From: Candidatus Arthromitus sp. SFB-rat-Yit
GTDB lineage: Bacteria; Bacillota; Clostridia; Clostridiales; Clostridiaceae
Length of the DNA: 32,000 nt
NCBI RefSeq assembly: GCF_000283555.1
Contig: NC_016012.1
Span: forward strand, 270,001-302,000
Direction: 5' to 3'
Shown in pieces: positions 20,627-27,959 of the stretch. Below the pieces are notes generated by a model. That model was given only the letters and a program-made list of their open reading frames with translations. It had not been told where the DNA came from and made no database searches. The position numbers and the translations under genes are program-made. Each line of letters opens with the position of its first letter. The first letter of the stretch is position 1.

Positions 20627-21287
20627 GATATATCGAACCTTCTTTAATTAAAAATACTTTATTGGCGTAATTATTTGAAAAATCCTTATTATGTTCAATA
20701 ACAACAATTGTTATATTGTTACATATATTCAATTCCTTTAAATCGTCATATATTGTATATTTACTGCATTCATCTAAGTTGTTTGTAGGTTCATCTACCA
20801 TTAATAAATCTGTTTTTTTAAGAAGTGACCTTATAAGCATTAATTTTTGTAATTGCCCTCCTGACAGTTTTCCAATTAAAGAATTTATATTATCTATTAA
20901 ATCATATTTTTCACATAAATAAAGGGCGTTAGAAAATGGTGTATTTAATTCTTTAGTATTATATTTTAAAAATTCTTTAACAGTTATTGGGAAATCCTTA
21001 TTAAAGTTGAATATTTGGGGGATATAGGAAATGTTTTTAGTTCCTATAGATATATTCAAATTTTTGCTTTTTATTAGGTTTAGCATGAGTTTAAGAAGAG
21101 TGCTCTTTCCGCATCCATTTTTTCCAACTATGCACACAAAATCCCCTTTATTTATAGATAGGTTTGCGTTTTTAAAAATATAGTTTGAGTTATCATAACT
21201 AAAAGTTAAGTTTTCAATATTTATAATTCGATTTGAAGAATTATTTTTTTCGAGAATAAAATTATCCGTATTAGCAATGTTTAACAT
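20619..21287 (-). CDS. znuC: Zinc/metal ABC transporter ATPase (ZnuC-like)
   Basis: Walker A 'CIVGKNGCGKSTLL', signature 'LSGGQLQKLMLIRSLL', Walker B 'LLMVDEPTNNLD'. ATG at 21287 (minus) preceded by 'aatgagg'; the track start at 21314 lies inside the promoter region. Confidence 0.94.
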   Translation of the reverse strand: MLNIANTDNFILEKNNSSNRIINIENLTFSYDNSNYIFKNANLSINKGDFVCIVGKNGCGKSTLLKLMLNLIKSKNLNISIGTKNISYIPQIFNFNKDFPITVKEFLKYNTKELNTPFSNALYLCEKYDLIDNINSLIGKLSGGQLQKLMLIRSLLKKTDLLMVDEPTNNLDECSKYTIYDDLKELNICNNITIVVIEHNKDFSNNYANKVFLIKEGSIYRV

Positions 21288-21307
21288 AAAAAACCTCATT
21301 CGTATTG

Positions 21308-21360
21308 TTGACACTTAATACTTTTATATGTATTATAAACTTGATGCGATTCATTTGCAA
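21308..21360. promoter_or_regulatory. Divergent znuA / znuCB promoters with overlapping -10 elements and a candidate Zur operator
   Basis: Plus strand: TTGACA (21308-21313)-N17-TATTAT (21331-21336). Minus strand: TTGCAA (21360-21355)-N17-TATAAT (21337-21332). Imperfect 7-1-7 inverted repeat TGCGATT-C-ATTTGCA at 21345-21359. Confidence 0.72.
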
Positions 21361-21397
21361 TAAAAATATATGAAAATTATAAGGGGTTAATTGTTAT

Positions 21398-22288
21398 ATG
21401 AGTAAGATGAGAAATATTATTTTAGGACTTGTTGCTTTATTATTTATGTCTTGTACAAGCCAGGCTAAAAAGGAAGGAATAAATGTTGTTACAGTTTTAA
21501 ATCCAAATTATAATCTTCTTAAGTACATAGCTCAAGATAAGGTAGGAGTATATAATATTACACCAAGTGGTGATTCTCATAATTTTGAATTTACTCCTCA
21601 AGATATTAAAAATATTCAAGATTCAGATGTTGTTTTTTATAATGGTTTAGGAATTGATGATAAAGTTTTAGATGTAGTTGATAATAAAGATAAATTTGTA
21701 CAAACAACTAAAAATTCAAATTTAATAAGTTTAGAGGATGATCACATTCATGAAGATGATCATCATCATGAAGATTCACATAGTAATGGAGCATATGATC
21801 CACATGTATGGCTAAGTATTAATGAATACAAAACAATGGGTAAAGTTGTGCTTGATGAACTTATTACTATTGATCCTAATAATAAAGATTTCTACACTAA
21901 TAATTTTAATGAATTTAGTAAAAGAATTGATAAGATATATAATTCATACATAAATGATTTTGAATCTATAGTGAATAAGGAATTTGTGAGTAATCATGCA
22001 TCTTATGGTTATTTGGCAAGAGATTTTGGTTTGGTAAATAGTAGTTTACATGATGTAAATAATCATGGAGAGGTAAATCCTAAGAATTTACAAAGTATAG
22101 TTGATATAATTAGACAGAAAAATATAAAGCTTATTATTGGGGACAAGTATGAAACTAATAAAGAACTTGAAACCATATCAAATGAAACAAATATTACATA
22201 TAAAGTTGTTAATAATTTAGAAAATCAGGGAGATTATTTTACTGAATATGAAGAACTGCTAAGTTCAATTTATGATGGATTAAGGTAA
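21398..22288 (+). CDS. znuA: Zinc-binding ABC transporter substrate-binding lipoprotein (ZnuA-like)
   Basis: Lipobox 'LLFMSC', 'SHNFEFTPQDI', His/Asp-rich loop 'DDHIHEDDHHHEDSHS', 'DPHVWLS', 'VSNHASYGYLARDFGL'. Confidence 0.94.
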   Translation: MSKMRNIILGLVALLFMSCTSQAKKEGINVVTVLNPNYNLLKYIAQDKVGVYNITPSGDSHNFEFTPQDIKNIQDSDVVFYNGLGIDDKVLDVVDNKDKFVQTTKNSNLISLEDDHIHEDDHHHEDSHSNGAYDPHVWLSINEYKTMGKVVLDELITIDPNNKDFYTNNFNEFSKRIDKIYNSYINDFESIVNKEFVSNHASYGYLARDFGLVNSSLHDVNNHGEVNPKNLQSIVDIIRQKNIKLIIGDKYETNKELETISNETNITYKVVNNLENQGDYFTEYEELLSSIYDGLR

Positions 22289-22300
22289 AAGGGAGTATTT

Positions 22301-22669
22301 ATGGAGTTTAATAGTATATTACTTATAGATAAAGGAAGCAAGAATTTATTTGATGAAGAATTCAGAATTAATATAGAAAATTGTTTCGATAATATAATAG
22401 AGTTTTACCGAGAAAATAATAAGATATTTTTAGTTTTAGAATTAAAAGAAGATTATAGTGATTATGAATTTGATAATATAATATCCAAATTTCCATATGA
22501 AGAATTTGAAAATATAGGTGTGATTTCATATCCAAAAGATGAAGAATATTATCCTACATTTATAATGGAAATGGATAATGATGTTAGGGAGATTATACAG
22601 AATAAAATTGACGATTTGATAGATTTATTTATGGAGAAAATTGTTAAAGTTTATTGTAATAAGATATAA
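22301..22669 (+). CDS. Hypothetical protein (122 aa)
   Basis: Clean ORF with upstream 'gggag'; acidic, no recognised family. Confidence 0.65.
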   Translation: MEFNSILLIDKGSKNLFDEEFRINIENCFDNIIEFYRENNKIFLVLELKEDYSDYEFDNIISKFPYEEFENIGVISYPKDEEYYPTFIMEMDNDVREIIQNKIDDLIDLFMEKIVKVYCNKI

Positions 22670-22693
22670 TTTAGTATAAAATAAACTATTATG

Positions 22694-22745
22694 ACTACCT
22701 ATAACCTGATATTAATTAACTTTAGGTTATAGGTAGTTTATTTTA
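22694..22745 (+). terminator. Probable terminator or attenuator hairpin
   Basis: 14-bp perfect stem actacctataacct / aggttataggtagt (22694-22707 / 22724-22737) followed by 'ttatttta'. Confidence 0.65.
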
Positions 22746-22755
22746 GGTGATTATT

Positions 22756-23751
22756 ATGAAAAAAGTTCGAAATATAAAAAATATTTTAATATCTTATTTT
22801 GAAAAGGAGATTAATTTAAATAAATTAATATTACCTTTCGAGGAGCATAATAAGGAAATTAATATTTATATAAAAGAGATAAATGATTATATATTATGTA
22901 TAAATTTCACATCATTAACTTCTTATATAAATGAAAATAGATATATAGATAGTTATTTTGGATCTAGAGGGATTAAGTGTAACATAATAAATATATTTGT
23001 AGTTGACGATTTAGAAAATGTTAAGAATACATATTTTCAGAGCGAGCTCTATGAAGAAGCGATTTTTATTAATCAAAAATCTGGAGAAATAGAGTGTTTT
23101 AATGTTCATAGTGTAGGTTTTTTAAATATTATAAAAAATGTAGTTGAAAAATCATATACTAGATTTTTTTCTAGGGGAAAGAATAATCATTTAACTATGT
23201 TTATTATTTTGATTAGTATTATAATTTACTTTATTATAGGTAATATTAATGGGAATATTGTTTCAATTCGTGATGAGGTATTACTTTGGGCAGGAGGTAA
23301 GATAGATCCGTATATACGTGATGGAGAATATATGAGGATATTTATATCGCCATTTTTACATAAAAATTTTTTGCAGTTATTAGTTGGAGTTATAACGTTG
23401 TTTTTTGCAGGGAGTATAGTTGAAAAAAATATTAGTAAGGTTAATTATATAATTCTTATAATATGTGGAATATTTTTTGGTAATTTTTCAAGTTATTTAT
23501 TAAACTTTTCTAAAGTATTTGGAGTTGGATTATATGTAATAAATTATTGTTTGATAGGTGCATTATTTATTTTAGCTTTTAAATATAAATCAAGAGTAAA
23601 TAGGTTGTTTTTTGTATTTATATTTTCATTTATAGTACTTAATCTTTTAAATAGTGTATTTCTAAGTAACAATATAGATAATATTGGAAGTTTAGCTTCA
23701 TTTATAGTTGGTTTGGTGTTTATGAAAGGAATTGACTTGATTAATAGATAA
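22756..23751 (+). CDS. Rhomboid-family membrane protein with N-terminal soluble domain; catalytic Ser/His absent
   Basis: 'LLWAGGKIDPYIRDGEYMRIFISPFLHKNFLQLLVGVITLFFAGSIVEK' matches the rhomboid L1/TM2 region (GEYWR..T..FLH....HL..N...L...G...E), but the GxSG and AH segments are changed. Confidence 0.75.
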   Translation: MKKVRNIKNILISYFEKEINLNKLILPFEEHNKEINIYIKEINDYILCINFTSLTSYINENRYIDSYFGSRGIKCNIINIFVVDDLENVKNTYFQSELYEEAIFINQKSGEIECFNVHSVGFLNIIKNVVEKSYTRFFSRGKNNHLTMFIILISIIIYFIIGNINGNIVSIRDEVLLWAGGKIDPYIRDGEYMRIFISPFLHKNFLQLLVGVITLFFAGSIVEKNISKVNYIILIICGIFFGNFSSYLLNFSKVFGVGLYVINYCLIGALFILAFKYKSRVNRLFFVFIFSFIVLNLLNSVFLSNNIDNIGSLASFIVGLVFMKGIDLINR

Positions 23752-23788
23752 TTTACTATAAATAATAAATTCATGGGGAATAAATTGT

Positions 23789-24472
23789 ATGGAAAATGAA
23801 AATTATAATTTAAATATTGATACTATAAAAATAGATAAAGATGATATTGTTAATAATTTAATTAAAAAAAGACCTGTATTTACGAATAACGAAGCATTTC
23901 CTTGGATGATAATAGGAAGTATAGTTATATATATATCGTTTTATATTTTGCTTGTATATGGTAAAAAAAATCTAATTGATGTGGATTTGGGTTCTCTTAA
24001 CTTATTGAATGCATATACAGGGAATGATATTGTTTCAGGTAATTATTTTGGAGCTATAACAAATATTTTTATACATAGGAGTTTATGGGATTTAATAAAT
24101 ACTATATTTATACTAGTATTTTGTGGGTTTTTTATGGAGAGATATATAAAAAGGAGTGTAATAGTTTTTGTATATGTATTATCAATTATATCATTTAATT
24201 TAATATCGATTTTCATGTATTCAAATCAATATTATTTAGGATCATTTACTATAGTTTCTTCTTTAATTGGGATGTGTATATATTTTTGTTATAGATTTAG
24301 AAGATTTATACTTAAAATAGATATATACATATACATATCTTTAATGTTTATAGGGTTTTTTATAAGTTACATGGTAGATTTTTATAGTTTATTACAATTT
24401 TTAGCTTCATATTTAATTGGTGTATTTGTTATGTTTATTTTAGATACTAAGTGTTTAAGGAATAATAAATAA
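23789..24472 (+). CDS. Second rhomboid-like membrane protein; catalytic Ser/His absent
   Basis: 'VSGNYFGAITNIFIHRSLWDLINTIFILVFCGFFMERYI' follows the same rhomboid L1/TM2 template; adjacent to and same strand as the previous gene. Confidence 0.65.
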   Translation: MENENYNLNIDTIKIDKDDIVNNLIKKRPVFTNNEAFPWMIIGSIVIYISFYILLVYGKKNLIDVDLGSLNLLNAYTGNDIVSGNYFGAITNIFIHRSLWDLINTIFILVFCGFFMERYIKRSVIVFVYVLSIISFNLISIFMYSNQYYLGSFTIVSSLIGMCIYFCYRFRRFILKIDIYIYISLMFIGFFISYMVDFYSLLQFLASYLIGVFVMFILDTKCLRNNK

Positions 24473-24517
24473 ATATGTGTAACAAATATTAATTAGTTGA
24501 TTTCAGGGAGTGGTATT

Positions 24518-25639
24518 TTGAATTTATTACAAGTTCAGGTTAAGTTAAAACCTGAGAATATCCAATCGTTTATAGATGATTTTTTAAAAGTAGATGGTAT
24601 TAGTATTTCTGATATTAGATTATACGATGGTATGATTTTAATTAATAAAATTAAGTATAAATCATTTGGTACTATTTCTATAGGGCTTAAGTTCCATAGA
24701 ATAGAAGATGGAGTTTTATCAATTGTTATAAAGAAGCTTAAAGCAATAAGTATACCTATTAGTATTTTTACTGTAAATTTCATATTGAAAATGGTTATTA
24801 ATAAGTTAAATATCCAAGGAATTAGTTGTGATGGTAAACAAATAAAGGTAGATCTAAAAAAAGTATTTAAAGAATTTAATTTAAATTTCTTAGAATTAGA
24901 TATAAAAGATATACAAATAACTGAAGAAAGTATTAATATCACATTTGGAAATTTAGATATTAATATGGTAGAACTTATTAATAACAGTAAAAAAGATACA
25001 GTACAAGACTATGTATATGAAATACAAAATGATGAAAAAGATGGAATAAATGTAGAGAGTACTATTACTGAAAATAATAAATTTATGGTGTATAATTTAG
25101 AGAATAAAAAGAATGATGATAAATATAGCGAAAAATTTTATAGTCGAGATGAAACTGGTAGTTGTGATAAAACTGGATTTTTTAGAGATCATAAGGGATA
25201 TTTTTCAGAGTATTCTAGATTTAGAGATAAATTATATGATAGTAAATTTAAACAAACAAATAAGATGCTTTTAGGTAATATTGCATTTATAATACCAGAT
25301 ATAGGTGTATTATGTTATAGATTATTAAGAGATAGAAAAGTAAGAAATGGGGTTAAAATTTTACTTGGATTTACAATAATTTATTTGTTGAGTCCTATAG
25401 ATTTTATAAATAAAAAGTTTAGCTTTTTAGATAAGATAGATGATGGTTTATTACTCGTATTTACTTTAAATAAAATATTTACATCTATTGACAAAGAGAT
25501 ATTAAGTTATCATTTTGATGGGGATAACGATACGCTTGATTTCTTGATAGATTCATTTGAATTGTTAAATTCAATGTTAGGTATGAATAATATAGATAGA
25601 TTGTATAATGTATTTGAAAAATTTGTTAGATTTAAATAA
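24518..25639 (+). CDS. DUF1232/YkvA-like C-terminal region fused to an N-terminal lipid-binding-like (LmeA/DUF2993-like) region; start uncertain
   Basis: C-terminal 'LCYRLLRDRKVRNGVKILLGFTIIYLLSPIDFINKKFSFLDKIDDGLLL' resembles DUF1232. TTG 24518 follows 'gggagtgg'; the track start is 24497. Confidence 0.6.
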   Translation: MNLLQVQVKLKPENIQSFIDDFLKVDGISISDIRLYDGMILINKIKYKSFGTISIGLKFHRIEDGVLSIVIKKLKAISIPISIFTVNFILKMVINKLNIQGISCDGKQIKVDLKKVFKEFNLNFLELDIKDIQITEESINITFGNLDINMVELINNSKKDTVQDYVYEIQNDEKDGINVESTITENNKFMVYNLENKKNDDKYSEKFYSRDETGSCDKTGFFRDHKGYFSEYSRFRDKLYDSKFKQTNKMLLGNIAFIIPDIGVLCYRLLRDRKVRNGVKILLGFTIIYLLSPIDFINKKFSFLDKIDDGLLLVFTLNKIFTSIDKEILSYHFDGDNDTLDFLIDSFELLNSMLGMNNIDRLYNVFEKFVRFK

Positions 25640-25710
25640 TGAATAAAAAATATAATTAAACAGATAATATGCTTATGAGAAAATATATAGCTTATTATTG
25701 GGGGTTTATT

Positions 25711-25902
25711 ATGAAAGGTGTTATTTTAGGTACTACGGCTGGTGCTTTGATTGGTGCTATAGTTTTTTCTGCTGATTCGAGATCTAGTAAAAGATTTAAG
25801 AATAAAATTTTTAAAAATGCAAATAAATTTATTAAAATGGGTATGAAAACTAAATTTCATATAATGAGGAAAATGGCAAGAATTATATATAAATTTGCTT
25901 AA
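25711..25902 (+). CDS. Small glycine-rich, possibly membrane-inserted protein (YtxH-like)
   Basis: 'MKGVILGTTAGALIGAIVFSADSRSSKRFKNK', RBS 'tgggggt' before ATG 25711. Confidence 0.55.
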   Translation: MKGVILGTTAGALIGAIVFSADSRSSKRFKNKIFKNANKFIKMGMKTKFHIMRKMARIIYKFA

Positions 25903-25935
25903 AGGCTCCTTTTTAAGGAGTCTTTTTATTTTTAA
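25901..25935 (+). terminator. Rho-independent terminator
   Basis: Stem aaggctcctt / aaggagtctt followed by 'tttatttttt'-like T-rich tract. Confidence 0.8.
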
Positions 25936-25947
25936 ATTATCTATGAT

Positions 25948-25980
25948 AAAAAATAAGAGATATGGAATTCCATATCTCTT
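25948..25980 (-). terminator. Terminator of the minus-strand SASP gene; 26-nt perfect palindrome
   Basis: 'aagagatatggaattccatatctctt' (25955-25980) followed on the minus strand by 'ATTTTTTATC'. Confidence 0.8.
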
Positions 25981-25991
25981 AATGATACTAA

Positions 25992-26171
25992 TTATTTTAA
26001 TCCATTTTCATATTGTTCAACCATTCTTTTTACCATTTCTCCACCAACAGATCCACATTGTTTAGAAGTTAAATTACCATTATAATCAGTGAAGGGTACA
26101 CCCATTTCGTTAGCAACTTGGCTTTTAAATTGTTCTAATCCATTTTTAGCATCTGGTACTAATTTACCCAT
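25992..26171 (-). CDS. Alpha/beta-type small acid-soluble spore protein (SASP)
   Basis: Not in ORF track. Minus-strand translation: MGKLVPDAKNGLEQFKSQVANEMGVPFTDYNGNLTSKQCGSVGGEMVKRMVEQYENGLK*. RBS 'agggagg' upstream. Confidence 0.95.
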   Translation of the reverse strand: MGKLVPDAKNGLEQFKSQVANEMGVPFTDYNGNLTSKQCGSVGGEMVKRMVEQYENGLK

Positions 26172-26494
26172 ATTTTTAATCCTCCCTAAAATTAAAAATT
26201 TATTTAATATCTTATTAACAATTCATTAATAAGACAATATTAGTATTAACTTATATTTTGAATATAATCGTGAAATATAATGGTAGTTATACATAGATTA
26301 TCCATATAATTTAAAGATTTATAAATTATTTGATAAATATATTTTTTAAAAATAAAAAGGGGAATGCATAAAAATCAGTAAAAATAATAGAGGTAGATAT
26401 AATTAATAAAATATGATATAATTTTTAATAAGCATTAAAGAAAGTAATAAGACCGAGTGTTTTATTATTGTTGTTTGTATTTTAGGAGGATAGT

Positions 26495-27805
26495 TTGTTG
26501 AATAGAAATAAGACACTTAGATTATTGGTGTTTTTAATAATGGTATTTATTTTTATAGCAAATACTAATGTTATAGCAAGTGTTAAAGATTCATTGGAAC
26601 AACAAATACAAGAGAATAAAAATAAAATTGATAATGTTCAAAATGAAATAGATAGTATAAATAAAGAAATAGATGCTATTGATAGTGAGTTATCTAAAAT
26701 TAAGGGAGAGATAGATCAAAGAAATGGAGTTATCAATGAGTATTTAGAGAATATAGAATTGCATCAAAAAAATATAGATGACAAAACAGTATTAGTAGAA
26801 GGCGTTGAGAAACAGATAGTTTCTATGGAAGAAAATATAGGAAGGCTTAATGTAGAAATTGAAAAAAATCAGTCTGAATTAATAAGATTAGAATCTATAC
26901 TTGCCGATAGAATAAAAGAATTTTATAAATATTCTCAAAATAATTCTTTGGGATTAGATTTATTTTTTACAATGGTATTTGATATGAACAAGGATTTACA
27001 AGATCTAATGGATACCGTTCATAGTATGTCAAAAATAACTGAAAGCGATAGAAAATTAATAGAAAATATAAAGCAAATTAAAGATAATATAACTAGAGAT
27101 ATGAAAAATTTAGAGAAGGAAACTCAAAGTTTAGCTTTGTACAAGAAGGATTTAGAAACTCAGATACAAGAGATAGAGAATTCTAAGAATGAATTAGTTG
27201 TGAAGAAAAATGAGTTGGATGCAGAATTACAAGTTGTTAAAGATTTAGAAAGTGAGTATCAGTCTAGGTATGATGCTTTAGATGAAGATTCTAGAACAAA
27301 AAGAAATGAACTTGTAAATATTCAACAGGATAATGAACAATTACAGCAACAGTTGAAAGATTATTTAAATTCTGTAAATAATTCAGGTTTAGTTGGTGGA
27401 AGTAATAAGGTAAGTCCAAGTGGATACTTAAGACCATCTACAGGGCCGATTACATCTAATTATGGATGGAGAGTACATCCAGTAAGAGGTACAAAATCAC
27501 TTCACACAGGCGTCGATTTTGGAGGTAAAGTTGGAGATACAATAATTGCAAGTAGGGCTGGAGATATTGCATTTGCTGGATGGTATAACAATGTTTATGG
27601 AAATGTTGTTATTATAAACCATGGAGGTGGGTATCAAACATTTTATGCTCACATGTCAAGAGTTACGGTATCTAAAGGACAAGCAGTTGATCAAGGTGTA
27701 AGAATTGGACAAATGGGATCTACTGGTATGAGTACTGGTGCTCATTTACATTTTGAAGTTAGAAAAGATGGATCTAGTTTAGACCCACTTAAATTTTTGT
27801 CATAA
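26495..27805 (+). CDS. Secreted M23-family peptidase with N-terminal coiled coil (EnvC/PcsB-like murein hydrolase)
   Basis: Signal peptide, long coiled coil, then 'HTGVDFGGKVGDTIIASRAG', 'YGNVVIINHGGGYQTFYAHMS', 'MGSTGMSTGAHLHFEVR'. TTG start at 26495 or 26498 after 'aggagga'. Confidence 0.94.
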   Translation: MLNRNKTLRLLVFLIMVFIFIANTNVIASVKDSLEQQIQENKNKIDNVQNEIDSINKEIDAIDSELSKIKGEIDQRNGVINEYLENIELHQKNIDDKTVLVEGVEKQIVSMEENIGRLNVEIEKNQSELIRLESILADRIKEFYKYSQNNSLGLDLFFTMVFDMNKDLQDLMDTVHSMSKITESDRKLIENIKQIKDNITRDMKNLEKETQSLALYKKDLETQIQEIENSKNELVVKKNELDAELQVVKDLESEYQSRYDALDEDSRTKRNELVNIQQDNEQLQQQLKDYLNSVNNSGLVGGSNKVSPSGYLRPSTGPITSNYGWRVHPVRGTKSLHTGVDFGGKVGDTIIASRAGDIAFAGWYNNVYGNVVIINHGGGYQTFYAHMSRVTVSKGQAVDQGVRIGQMGSTGMSTGAHLHFEVRKDGSSLDPLKFLS

Positions 27806-27815
27806 TAGAAATTTT

Positions 27816-27850
27816 AAAAAGGATGCTATTAATTTAGCGTCCTTTTTATT
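27816..27850 (+). terminator. Rho-independent terminator
   Basis: Stem aaaaaggatgct / agcgtccttttt (one G-U pair) followed by 'att'. Confidence 0.85.
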
Positions 27851-27959
27851 ATAATTAAATAAAAAATATGTATAAGTATGGAAAAATGGTTATAATTAAA
27901 ATATAATTTTATTTTTGTATTATTTTTTATATATCTCGTTTTGAATATTGGAGGTAAGG

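Noticed and set aside
20716-20922. Plus-strand ORF inside znuC
   Set aside because: Antisense to the ABC signature/Walker B region of znuC.
23544-23774. Minus-strand ORF across the 3' end of the first rhomboid-like gene
   Set aside because: Antisense shadow ORF without RBS or homology signal.
24535-24942. Minus-strand 135-aa ORF inside the DUF1232-like gene
   Set aside because: Antisense to a longer ORF with recognisable domain content; hydrophobic content is the reverse of an AT-rich sequence.
26180-26494. Possible riboswitch/ncRNA in the 300-nt gap before the M23 peptidase gene
   Set aside because: AT-rich with no convincing structured element or known aptamer core. The only definite content is the upstream region of the SASP gene and a possible -10 (tataat) near 26410.
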